From Candidatus Poribacteria bacterium (GTDB lineage: Bacteria > Poribacteria > WGA-4E > UBA9662): a stretch of DNA of 38,752 nucleotides. The stretch spans positions 1-38,752 of the forward strand of contig JAYGDX010000272.1 in assembly GCA_046582655.1 (NCBI GenBank), written 5' to 3'. The notes under the pieces are model-generated. The model saw nothing but the letters and a program-made list of their open reading frames with translations, was not told the origin of the DNA and did no database searches. Position 1 is the first letter of the stretch, and each line of letters opens with the position of its first letter. Below are positions 29,696 through 38,752 of this stretch, piece after piece. A program made the position numbers and the translations under genes.

Positions 29696-30159
29696 TTAAC
29701 GCCTAGTTTTTATGGTTCAAGAGATAATCCTTGAAGATCTAAGTTCCTCGAGGTCATTTTGGAGGTTGACCAGTTTCTGTTGTCATCCCTAGTTATATAA
29801 GCGGAGTTTCACCATAACGTCGAGTGGTACATCTCTTACCGTTACCCACACCTGAAAACCAAACGTTCTTGTGGGATTGGGAAACATAATTCTCAGAATG
29901 TTTCAGACGCTCTCCATTTAGTGTCAGAAGCAGACCCTATGCTGGAGACAAGGAGCAAGTTGCGTTAAGTTTTTCAGGGTTTCTCAGCATGCCCGATAAT
30001 GAAAGTGTTTGCTGGTGATCTATCTATGTCGAGTTATATTTTGCCAACATGGATCAGTTCATGTCGCAGTGGCAGTTTTACCGAGGTGAATTAAATCGCC
30101 ACTGCAAGTGAGTCATGAAAACTGGGCCTATTGACGCCAAGGCTGACAACCTCAGAGTG

Positions 30160-31000
30160 TTAGTGCCCCAAAGCGGAGGCTTTCACCACTTCTGTCAATT
30201 GGGAAATATTGGCTGCCCCAGTGGAAACCGTGGTTACTCGTTTATCGGCCAGCACAAAACGGAAGGCGTTCTGTGGAAGTGTGTAGTCATCCACTTGCAG
30301 TTTTTGTAGGATCTGAGTCACTCGCTGACGTTCAGCCGAATCGCTAATCTCGGTTAAAACCTGTTGATGCCGGTCAGTGTATAAGCCTCCTGCCAGTACG
30401 GTTGCCACCACAATGCCCATTCGTTGCTTGGTAGCAGATTACAGTTTTCGTAGCAGTTAGGCAAGCGGGATGATAATCATGGTAGACCAAAACCGTATCA
30501 AATTCGCCTGTTTCAGCCAGTTCAGCCAAGAGGGGAATAGCACGAGCGGTGATACCGATGAAGTCGCACACCCCCTTTTGTTGTGCTTGTCGCAGTCCGG
30601 ACAATGCCCCGTCAGGTGACATGATTCGATCCCAATTCGCAACATTAACTTCGTGGATCTGAGCCAGCGTCAGTTTTGGAATCTGAAGTCGTTTCAAACT
30701 GCGATCCATACTCCACAAAACACTGTCAGCACTGTAATCAAAATCTTCTGGTTCCAACCCCACTTTGGTAGCAAGGTGAAATTGATCAGCAATACCTTCC
30801 AATGCCTGACCCAGTAGTCTTTCACTCATTCCATAGAGCGGCGCAGTGTCGATATAGTTGATACCGAGTGCTAAAGCCGACTTGACCACTTGACGCGCAT
30901 TGTCTTCAGCCTGTGCTGGGTGCGGTCCCATCAGGTAGGCACCACCTAGGCTAACCTCACTGATTTGTAACTTAGTCCGACCAAATTGACGATAGTTCAT
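30160..31000 (-). pseudogene. Aldo/keto reductase split by a frameshift near 30430
   Basis: MNYRQFGRTKLQISEVSLGGA, GINYIDTAPLYGMSE, LATKVG, AQIHE, then a frame change to MGIVVATVLAGGL...AFRFVL...VSTGAANISQL. Confidence 0.85.
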
Positions 31001-31061
31001 TCTTTCCCCAATCGTGCTCTCTACACTAGAATACAGATCCATTAGCCAACGTCAAATCTAC

Positions 31062-32042
31062 TTACTGTTGTGCTAATCTGGCTTGGGCAACTTTCAGGTT
31101 ATTCTCTGTTTGGACAGCCTCAGGGCGAATTTTTAGTGCTTGTTGAAAAGCAATGGCTGCCTCTGTGTACCTCTGCTGTTTCATATAGGTGACGCCAAGT
31201 TCATGGAATACCTGGTAATTATTGGGATCAATCTGGCGGGCCGTATTAAAGGCATCAACTGCTTCCGTCAACTTGTCTTGATCCCGGTAAGCGTATCCCA
31301 AATTTAAGTGTGCTTCCGTAAAATCTGGTTTTTGGGCAATCACTTTTTCAAGCGATTCAGTGGCTACATCAATCATCCCTTGATGACGGTACGAGACCCC
31401 GAGTGCGTAATGTGCCTCCAAAAGGTTGGAATCAAGATTAAGTGCCATTTTAAATTGGTCAATAGCTTGATCCAACTGTCCACTCATACCATAAGCACGC
31501 CCCAAATCTACATAGGCGGTAGCCAGTTCCGGTTTAAAGTGAATTACTCCTTTATAAGCGGTAATGGCTTGATCTATTTCCCCTTGTAAAAGATGGAGTG
31601 TACCTAAATTGTGATACCCTTCAATCAGGTCCGGCTGAACTTCAACAGATTTTCGATAGGATTGGATAGCTTTATCGTATTTCCCCAGAAACTGGTAGGA
31701 CGTTCCGATGTTGTTATATGCCTCGGCATAGTCTGGACGTAACCGTATAGCCTCCTTAAATTCTTTAATTGCCTTTTCCTGCATGCCTTGCTCTTGATAA
31801 AGAACCCCTTGGTTATAGTATTCTTTCGCCTGAGCTGAAGTGTTTGTTTTCTGTGCCGTTCGTTCGACCAGTTGTGTGTCTATTTCTTTGATTTGAATTT
31901 CTTTATTGCTTGAAGAACCTTTCCCTTTTGAGCAGCTAAAAAACAAAACAAGTAAAAGACTAAAAGCAACAAATGGTCCGGTAGCATATTTCTTTCCTAA
32001 ATACAGGCTAGATTCACCTTGAGCAGTTGCCAGTAATTTCAC
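31062..32042 (-). CDS. TPR-repeat (lipo)protein
   Basis: About 7 canonical TPRs (PDYAEAYNNIG, PDLIEGYHNLG, PDFTEAHLNLG). A hydrophobic stretch ends LFFSC (lipobox-like). Overlaps the upstream gene stop (GTGA). Confidence 0.88.
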   Translation of the reverse strand: MKLLATAQGESSLYLGKKYATGPFVAFSLLLVLFFSCSKGKGSSSNKEIQIKEIDTQLVERTAQKTNTSAQAKEYYNQGVLYQEQGMQEKAIKEFKEAIRLRPDYAEAYNNIGTSYQFLGKYDKAIQSYRKSVEVQPDLIEGYHNLGTLHLLQGEIDQAITAYKGVIHFKPELATAYVDLGRAYGMSGQLDQAIDQFKMALNLDSNLLEAHYALGVSYRHQGMIDVATESLEKVIAQKPDFTEAHLNLGYAYRDQDKLTEAVDAFNTARQIDPNNYQVFHELGVTYMKQQRYTEAAIAFQQALKIRPEAVQTENNLKVAQARLAQQ

Positions 32043-33742
32043 TGTTTTTTGCTTTCTCCCTCATTAATGGTTAATAGAATATTAGCCGCAATATTAGTAT
32101 ACCTGTCAACTGTGCCGGAAGACCAAATTACCTTCAGCCAGTCGATCATCTCGGCCTGACCTAAACCAAAGGTAAGTATCATTTCACTTTGCGAACAATA
32201 GCTGCTACCTGTACAAACCATTTGTCTTTGCTGAACGCCTGCGGCACTAATAGTAACTTTGGCTCCAATACCATCACGGTTGCTGTTAATACCCTTGGTT
32301 TTTACACGCAGATAATTATTCCGGTGATTAACATCGTTCCGCAGTAGCCATGCCCGTCCGTTTCTGGGTATGACGCCACTATTTGAAACCAGTAGATCCA
32401 GATCGCCATCTCCATCGTAATCGCCATAAGCTGCACCTCGCCCAACTCCAGCTTTCTTCAGCCCAACTTTCAATCCAATTTCATCAAACTTGCCATTCTG
32501 CTGATTCCAAAAAAGGGATGGGCGTTGGGGATAACGAATACTCCGTTGATACCTGCTCACGTTAGGTTCGATATGTCCATTGACGCAGAATAGATCTTGG
32601 TATCCATCCAAGTCGAAATCCAAGAAGAATAAACCAAAGGTCAATGTAAACAGGCTGGAATTTCCAATTCTAGCCTGAATTGTCTGATCACTGAAATAAT
32701 CTCCCGAACGTGCCAAGAAGAACGAGTTCATCTCATTGCTAAAGTTGCCGATAGCAATGACATTACTACTGTCATTATTAACGTCGGCAACATCGATTCC
32801 CATACAACCTCGCGGTTTCCCATTCTCATCGAAAGCAATTCCCATCAACAAAGCTTGATCAGTGAATGTTCCATCACCGTTATTGTGATACAGGAAGTTG
32901 GCTTCCGTATCGTTGGCAACTGCCAAATCTAGCCAACCATCATCGTCATAGTCCAACATGGTGACACCGAGTGATTTACCTTCTGGGTTATAGACACCTG
33001 ATATCTCTGTTGTATCCTGAAAAATGCCACCTTTGCCGAGATTACGATAGAGCCGACATGATTGACCTCGATACACAGCTGGAGTGCAATATGACCGGTG
33101 CTGATCATCTACAGTGCAGGACAAATCAGATTCGATTGTCCATTCCACATAGTTGCACACAAACAGATCCAGCCAGCCATCGCGATCATAGTCAAAGAAA
33201 AGCGCACTGGTAGACCAATCGCTGCCGCCGGTGTTGGATATGTTAGTGACATTGGTAAACGTTGCGTTACCATTGTTGCGAAAAAGGAAGTTGGATCCCA
33301 CATTGGTGAAATAGATATCTTGATTGTCGTCATTGTCAAAATCAACAGTGGCAACGCCCATCCCATACATAGGAGTGTCTAATCCTGCTTTTTCGGTGAT
33401 ATCTATAAACTTACCGTTACCCAAGTTACGGTACAGTTTTGGTGTGTGGCTGGATTGACTATCATTTCTCCATTCTCTACCGTTAGCAAACAGGATGTCT
33501 AGATATCCGTCATTGTCAACATCGAAGAAAGCACAGCCTGATCCCATCGTTTCTGGCATATATCGTTTCCCCAGAGCACCGGTGAAATGGGTAAAATTAA
33601 CTCCTGCTTCATCTGCCACATTGATGAAATTAACCGCTGGCAAACGAGTATGGCCTATCTCCGGTATACTCAACGCAAACAGAAGGCATAATACAGCAAG
33701 TTTAGTGAAAATATGGTTTACCAAGTTCCAAAAGGTTGCCAT
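32039..33742 (-). CDS. CRTAC1 / ASPIC-UnbV family FG-GAP-repeat protein
   Basis: ETMGSGCAFFDVDNDGYLD, repeated DxDxDGxxD motifs, GRGAAYGDYDGDGDLD, NRDGIGAKV, GSSYCSQSE..LTFGLG. The start is either 33742 or 33799. Confidence 0.92.
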   Translation of the reverse strand: MATFWNLVNHIFTKLAVLCLLFALSIPEIGHTRLPAVNFINVADEAGVNFTHFTGALGKRYMPETMGSGCAFFDVDNDGYLDILFANGREWRNDSQSSHTPKLYRNLGNGKFIDITEKAGLDTPMYGMGVATVDFDNDDNQDIYFTNVGSNFLFRNNGNATFTNVTNISNTGGSDWSTSALFFDYDRDGWLDLFVCNYVEWTIESDLSCTVDDQHRSYCTPAVYRGQSCRLYRNLGKGGIFQDTTEISGVYNPEGKSLGVTMLDYDDDGWLDLAVANDTEANFLYHNNGDGTFTDQALLMGIAFDENGKPRGCMGIDVADVNNDSSNVIAIGNFSNEMNSFFLARSGDYFSDQTIQARIGNSSLFTLTFGLFFLDFDLDGYQDLFCVNGHIEPNVSRYQRSIRYPQRPSLFWNQQNGKFDEIGLKVGLKKAGVGRGAAYGDYDGDGDLDLLVSNSGVIPRNGRAWLLRNDVNHRNNYLRVKTKGINSNRDGIGAKVTISAAGVQQRQMVCTGSSYCSQSEMILTFGLGQAEMIDWLKVIWSSGTVDRYTNIAANILLTINEGESKKQ

Positions 33743-33863
33743 GCAGTTATTCAGACACCTTGAAGATGATATACAATCTGCAGCTAATGGTTTAAGCAAA
33801 CAGTTGTTTGCGACATGTGTTCAAAAACCCGTTTAAAAAACCTGTCAGAGACATTCATAACAT

Positions 33864-33986
33864 TAGACCTCTTGCATTAAGTAGTAATACTCACCAAAGT
33901 TCTAGTTGAGAGATAGCTAAATTCTGTGACATATGCGACTCAAAAATCTCCGAACTTCTGTTTCTTTGACTTATGCAAGAGGTCTA
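33864..33986. mobile_element. MITE-like element, 123 bp, with 14-bp perfect terminal inverted repeats
   Basis: TAGACCTCTTGCAT (33864-77) and ATGCAAGAGGTCTA (33973-86). TA at both ends could be the target duplication. The interior is non-coding. Confidence 0.75.
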
Positions 33987-33994
33987 TTTATAAT
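33966..33994 (+). promoter_or_regulatory. Near-consensus sigma70 promoter spanning the MITE right end and the first tandem repeat
   Basis: TTGACT (33966-71), 17 nt, TATAAT (33989-94). Confidence 0.55.
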
Positions 33995-34079
33995 CCAAAT
34001 TGCCACCTAATTATAATCCAAATTGCCACCTAATTATAATCCAAATTGCCACCTAATTATAATCCAAATTGCCACCTAA
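33988..34079. repeat. Four perfect 23-bp tandem repeats (TTATAATCCAAATTGCCACCTAA)
   Basis: Units at 33988, 34011, 34034 and 34057, with no spacers. Confidence 0.97.
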
Positions 34080-34427
34080 AGAGACCAACCTTTTATCGGT
34101 GGAATTCGAAAAGCCTTACCAAAAGTCAAATTTTATTCGTTATCGTGGATGTGGCTTCAAAAAAACTTAGTTTCTAATTCGGTTGCTTTTTGATGACTAG
34201 ATGAAAGGGATGATGGAGTGAGTAAAAATAGTATATTTGATAAGTTTCGGAACCTGGCGACAATACAGAGAGGACGAAAGTAGCTGATTTTATCGATCTA
34301 CCCAATTGACGACGGGTCTAATGGAATGGCACTGGATTTGGTAGGATGGTATCTGAAACTGAAATAACCCGGAGATGATGATAAAGAGGTGCAATAATTC
34401 ACTCAATTTAGCTGTGACTTTGTTTTT

Positions 34428-34832
34428 TTATGATGCACTTAACTCGGCCTCTTGAATACCTGCGTCATCCTTTCTTGTTCTAAGAAATTGATAAAACTCA
34501 AACATCATTTCTTTATCTTTTTCAGGTAGTTCCATCATCCCTTTGAACATCACACTGACCTTGGGATCAGCCAGAAGATCGTCATAATTTTCCCGTCTTT
34601 TTCCAAGTAGATAGTCGGTCGTAACCTTAAGCGCGTCGGCTAAATTTGACAGCGTGTCAAAAGATGGTTTACGAGTACCGGACTCAAACTGGGAGATGGC
34701 CGCAGGTGTCAGTGAAGATTGCTTAGCAAGCTCAGTTTGCGTGATAGATAATTGTTTGCGACGATTCTTGATTAATTGTGATATATGTATAGCAACAACA
34801 TGACTGCCGTTGTTTTTTCTTTTGATTGACAT
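34428..34832 (-). CDS. XRE-family helix-turn-helix transcriptional regulator
   Basis: IKNRRKQLSITQTELAKQSSLTPAAISQFESGTRKPSFDTLSNLADALKVTTDYLLG. AGGAGG upstream of the start. Confidence 0.92.
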   Translation of the reverse strand: MSIKRKNNGSHVVAIHISQLIKNRRKQLSITQTELAKQSSLTPAAISQFESGTRKPSFDTLSNLADALKVTTDYLLGKRRENYDDLLADPKVSVMFKGMMELPEKDKEMMFEFYQFLRTRKDDAGIQEAELSAS

Positions 34833-35026
34833 TGCACTTTTCCTCCTGAGTATTGTCCTTCAAATCTGCTAGATTCAAAAAACAATGCTTTTCAGCTTAG
34901 GACAATAGTTTCTTGGCTTATTTTTTCCCATTGGAATTTTTTAAGGATTCAGTAACCATAACGAACTACTTTTTTAAAAGTTTCAAGGTTTCTGCTCATT
35001 TTTTTGAATCTGACAATCAATCATCG

Positions 35027-35055
35027 TTGAAAAACACCCGAGCGTATGCTAACAT
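35027..35055 (+). promoter_or_regulatory. Putative sigma70 promoter for the CBS-CBS-kor region
   Basis: TTGAAA, 17 nt, TAACAT with an extended-10 TG, about 90 nt upstream of ATG 35143. Confidence 0.45.
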
Positions 35056-35142
35056 ACGCCTCAGCCTATCAATGAGCCATGAATGTGTAATACAAAAGGG
35101 CCTCGATTCGTCTTTTTATTGTGAGTTTGCCAAGGAGGTATA

Positions 35143-35595
35143 ATGGATGCACAAGCTATGTATCTTCCCATCAGCTCATTAAAATTCTACAAACCAATTA
35201 CAGCTGAAACGGGAACATCGGTTTCGGACGTTATACTCCTTATGCAGGAAGGCGATTCAGATCATGTGCGTGGTATAGGTTGTGTCTTAGTCGTTGAAGA
35301 AAAAAGCCTTGTTGGCATCATTACCGAGCGAGATTTGATGCAGAAGGTCGTCGGACGAAACCTAGATCCCGATCAGGTAATCGTAGATGAAGTCATGACC
35401 AAATTACCAGACTCATTGAGGGTTGACGATCCCATCGCTTTTGCTTTGAATATTATGCACTTTGATAAGTGTCGCCATGTTCCCTTGGTGGATGAAAATC
35501 AAGTTCCGGTTGGTATTGTTTCCAGCAGAGATATTGTTACATATTCCGCCAAATCTCTGGAGATGATCCCCAATCAAGCGAATGGCGATGAATAG
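35143..35595 (+). CDS. CBS-domain pair protein
   Basis: IGCVLVVEEKSLVGIITERDL, VDEVMT..P, RHVPLVDENQVPVGIVSSRDI. SD AAGGAGG. Confidence 0.92.
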   Translation: MDAQAMYLPISSLKFYKPITAETGTSVSDVILLMQEGDSDHVRGIGCVLVVEEKSLVGIITERDLMQKVVGRNLDPDQVIVDEVMTKLPDSLRVDDPIAFALNIMHFDKCRHVPLVDENQVPVGIVSSRDIVTYSAKSLEMIPNQANGDE

Positions 35596-35731
35596 TCGAA
35601 TTGCGGTTTTAATCCGTATCTATGGTAATCAAAAACTTGAGATCTATAAATTAAGAATCTTGCTGATAACAAGTCATTTGGCCTTAAAGTGCGGACAGTT
35701 TGGTCAGTAATGAAACTCAAGGAGAGACAAG

Positions 35732-36265
35732 ATGCCTTACGAAGATATGATTGAAGATGAACTAATGATGATGGATGAGCAATTGGCTGAGCCTTCGAAA
35801 TCATTACATGAAATTCAAGTGCCTCTCTCCTCCTTGATGGAAGAGGTTACAATAATCGACAGTGGATCGAGCATTCAAGAAGCAGCAGATCTGATGATAA
35901 AAAACAATATAGGATATGTAATTGTAACGAGAGACAATAAGCTGAGGGGAATTTTTGGTGAACGAGATATCCTGTTAAATTTTTTAAATACCGATCTCGG
36001 TTCATGGGATGACCTGATTGTAGATGATCACATGAAGGAAAACCCCAAAACTCTCCAATCAGACGATTTGCTAGACACGGCAATTTTCTTTATGGCAAAC
36101 GGAGGCTATCGTCATATCCCAATTGTAGATGATCGTTATCAACCGATTGGAATGGTTTCAGTTCTGGATATCATGACATACTTGGTAGAACATTTCCCGC
36201 AAGAGATTTTGACCCTGCCTCCAAGACCTATTCGTGATGCCATGAAAGCTCGCGAGGGTGCGTAA
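35732..36265 (+). CDS. CBS-domain pair protein
   Basis: IGYVIVTRDNKLRGIFGERDI, M.ENP, GGYRHIPIVDD..PIGMVSVLDI. SD AAGGAG. Confidence 0.92.
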   Translation: MPYEDMIEDELMMMDEQLAEPSKSLHEIQVPLSSLMEEVTIIDSGSSIQEAADLMIKNNIGYVIVTRDNKLRGIFGERDILLNFLNTDLGSWDDLIVDDHMKENPKTLQSDDLLDTAIFFMANGGYRHIPIVDDRYQPIGMVSVLDIMTYLVEHFPQEILTLPPRPIRDAMKAREGA

Positions 36266-36377
36266 ATATTATTTAATGCTTCACACTAATTCTCTGAAAC
36301 CGAACTGAAGATTTTTTCAGTTTATTAACGTTTTTAGCTGAGCCTAAGTTTAAGATAATGATTTCAAGGAATATTCG

Positions 36378-38228
36378 ATGAGCAAGCCAAGGCAAACAAT
36401 TGAAGATGCCATCGTGCTCTTTGCTGGTGATTCAGGAGATGGTTCCCAAACAATTGGCGCACAGATGACGCAGACTTCTGCAATGGCGGGAAACGATGTT
36501 TCAACGCATCCGGATTTCCCTGCTGAGATTCGCGCTCCTGCTGGATCGCTAGCTGGTGTTTCTGGATTCCAGCTACATTTTTCGAGTCGTGATATCTATA
36601 CACCAGGTGATAAATGCGATGTCTTAGTAGCGATGAATCCTGCCGCGCTAACTGAAAACATCAAATACCTTAAGCCGAATGGTCTCCTCATTGTCAATAT
36701 AGACAACTTCCAAAAGAAGAATCTGGATCTAGCTGGTTATGTCACCAATCCACTGGAAGATGACTCACTCAGCCAATTTCAAATCTTTTCAGTTGAGTTG
36801 ACATACTTAACGCGTGAAGCACTGGCAGAAACTGAGTTAACTTCCAAAGAGAAGGATTTATGTAAAAACTTTTTTGCACTAGGGGTTATCTTCTGGCTGT
36901 TCAATCGTCCAATAGATTACACTTTGAGGTTTCTCAAAGAAAAGTTTGGGGCGCGAAAACCCCAATTTGTCGAAGCAAACACACTAGCGCTGAAAGCAGG
37001 AATTGCTTTTGCAGAAGCAACGGATCAGGTTGCTTCTACTTATGAAGTCAAACCGGCCAAATTCCAACCTGGAAAGTATCGGAATATCATGGGAAATGCA
37101 GCCGCAGCTATTGGTTTAATCGCAGCCTCTCAGAAAGCAGGCCTGCAACTTGTTTACGGCAGTTACCCGATCACGCCAGCAAGTGATATTTTACATGAAC
37201 TCTCAAAGTACAAGGAATTTGGCGTTAAAACCATGCAAATGGAAGATGAAATAGCCGCGGTTGGTTCGGCAATCGGCGCGTCTTTTGGTGGCGCTTTAGG
37301 AGTTACAGGTAGCAGTGGTCCCGGCATTGCTCTCAAGGCGGAAGCCATTGGTTTAGCTGTGATGGTAGAACTTCCCCTCGTAATCCTTAATATTCAAAGG
37401 GCTGGTCCGTCAACAGGAATGCCAACCAAAACAGAACAGTCAGATCTTTTACAAGTGCTTTATGGCAGGAACGGCGAATCACCCGTTCCTGTTGTTGCCG
37501 CAGCACGACCGTCGGACTGTTTTGACACAGCGTACGAAGCCGCCAGAATCGCGCTTAAATATATGACACCGGTCTTTTTCCTGTCTGATAATACCATTGC
37601 CAATGGTGCAGAACCTTGGCGAATCCCTGATGTTTCTACACTGCCATCTGTGACAACTCGTATTGAAAGCAATGGAAGCAATGCCGAGGAATTTGAATTT
37701 ATGGCGTATGCCCGTGATGAAGAAACGCTCGCTCGGCCTTGGGCAATCCCTGGTACTCTAGGGCTAGAACACCGAATTGGTGGTCTAGAGAAGCAAGATC
37801 TAACTGGAAATGTAAGCTACGATCCAGAAAATCACGAGAAAATGTCTAGGCTCAGAGATGAAAAAGTGGCAAGAATTGCCAATGATATCCCGCCAACTGA
37901 AGTCTTTGGCCAAAATGGTGATGAACTCCTCATCATTGGTTGGGGAGGTACCTTTGGTGCATTGAGAACAGCGGTTAAAAAAAAGCAGACTGAAGGTGTT
38001 CCTGTCTCACATGTTCACTTGAGATATTTGAATCCTCTTCCTGCGGATCTGGGTGATATTATAAACCGATTTAAAAAAGTAGTTGTTGCCGAGTTGAATT
38101 TGGGTCAGATAATAACCATCATTCGTGCTCGTTACCTCGTTGACGCCATAGGCTTCAACAAAATTCAGGGACAGCCATTTTACGTTTATGAAGTTGAAAG
38201 TAAAATCGACGAAATTCTAGAAAGGTGA
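36378..38228 (+). CDS. korA: 2-oxoacid:ferredoxin oxidoreductase alpha subunit (fused gamma-alpha)
   Basis: [62 protein letters not shown]. Confidence 0.93.
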   Translation: MSKPRQTIEDAIVLFAGDSGDGSQTIGAQMTQTSAMAGNDVSTHPDFPAEIRAPAGSLAGVSGFQLHFSSRDIYTPGDKCDVLVAMNPAALTENIKYLKPNGLLIVNIDNFQKKNLDLAGYVTNPLEDDSLSQFQIFSVELTYLTREALAETELTSKEKDLCKNFFALGVIFWLFNRPIDYTLRFLKEKFGARKPQFVEANTLALKAGIAFAEATDQVASTYEVKPAKFQPGKYRNIMGNAAAAIGLIAASQKAGLQLVYGSYPITPASDILHELSKYKEFGVKTMQMEDEIAAVGSAIGASFGGALGVTGSSGPGIALKAEAIGLAVMVELPLVILNIQRAGPSTGMPTKTEQSDLLQVLYGRNGESPVPVVAAARPSDCFDTAYEAARIALKYMTPVFFLSDNTIANGAEPWRIPDVSTLPSVTTRIESNGSNAEEFEFMAYARDEETLARPWAIPGTLGLEHRIGGLEKQDLTGNVSYDPENHEKMSRLRDEKVARIANDIPPTEVFGQNGDELLIIGWGGTFGALRTAVKKKQTEGVPVSHVHLRYLNPLPADLGDIINRFKKVVVAELNLGQIITIIRARYLVDAIGFNKIQGQPFYVYEVESKIDEILER

Positions 38229-38233
38229 ATTTG

Positions 38234-38752
38234 GTGAAAAGAAAATTCCGCTCCGGAGTTGGGAAAGCAATTGAAACAAATTCCCCTCTTGCCGCAGTTC
38301 CTACCCTTACCAACAGAGATTTTGAATCTGATCAAGATAAAAGATGGTGTCCTGGTTGTGGCGATTATTCCATTTTGAAACAGACTCAGAAGGTCCTTCC
38401 TGATCTTGGCATTCCGCGAGAACGACTTGTTTTCATCTCAGGAATTGGTTGCTCAAGCCGTTTCCCTTACTATATGAATACTTATGGGTTTCATTCAATT
38501 CATGGTCGGGCGCCGACCATTGCTTCTGGATTAAAGGCGACAAATCCTGACCTCTCCGTCTGGGTAATTACAGGTGATGGGGATGCATTGTCAATTGGCG
38601 GCAACCATTTCATACATCTCCTTCGTCGAAATTTTGATATCAACGTGCTACTGTTTAATAACCAGATTTATGGTTTAACAAAAGGACAATATTCACCAAC
38701 TTCCGAAGTTGGAAAAATAACTAAGTCAACGCCAGAAGGTTCAATTGACAAT
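38234..38752 (+). CDS. korB: 2-oxoacid:ferredoxin oxidoreductase beta subunit (runs off window end)
   Basis: [40 protein letters not shown] motif [12 protein letters not shown]...[16 protein letters not shown]. Start codon approximate. Not in the ORF track. Confidence 0.92.
   Translation, partial: MKRKFRSGVGKAIETNSPLAAVPTLTNRDFESDQDKRWCPGCGDYSILKQTQKVLPDLGIPRERLVFISGIGCSSRFPYYMNTYGFHSIHGRAPTIASGLKATNPDLSVWVITGDGDALSIGGNHFIHLLRRNFDINVLLFNNQIYGLTKGQYSPTSEVGKITKSTPEGSIDN

Noticed and set aside
30066..30105. GCAGTGGC/GCCACTGC hairpin as a terminator or ncRNA
   Set aside because: There is no U-tract on either strand and no second copy was seen, so a function cannot be supported.
33988..34079. 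CRISPR array
   Set aside because: The 23-bp units are directly adjacent with no spacers, and there are no cas genes in the window.
456..37681. Numerous 60-135 aa ORFs antisense to or nested in the long genes
   Set aside because: They are shadow ORFs of well-supported CDSs, with no independent motifs or SD evidence.

Overview
A bacterial chromosomal window, probably from Candidatus Poribacteria. This is inferred from the LamG/secreted proteins ending in a 'KLATTWxxLK'-type tail, two PhyH dioxygenases, multiple Gfo/Idh/MocA genes and a CRTAC1/ASPIC-UnbV + TPR pair. It starts in the 3' end of a flagellin gene. Intact genes are a DUF47-Pit phosphate transport pair, a GcvT-family (dimethylglycine/sarcosine-type) dehydrogenase, a NYN-domain protein, a beta-propeller glycosidase-like gene, an aminotransferase/nitrilase-family/oxidoreductase catabolic operon, a cold-shock gene, a TonB-dependent receptor, an XRE regulator, two CBS proteins and the 2-oxoacid:ferredoxin oxidoreductase alpha and (partial) beta genes. 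Between them lie about a dozen decayed genes, IS701 and IS5 remnants, a 123-bp MITE and several perfect tandem duplications. The main discovery candidate is at 3646-4857. Two 'separate' ORFs there are in the same frame, joined by a single TGA in a Cys-Thr-TGA motif and followed by a SECIS-like hairpin. This predicts an unannotated 403-aa thioredoxin-like selenoprotein (CxU) whose local sequence resembles eukaryotic selenoprotein N. All calls are from reading the sequence only; no searches were run.
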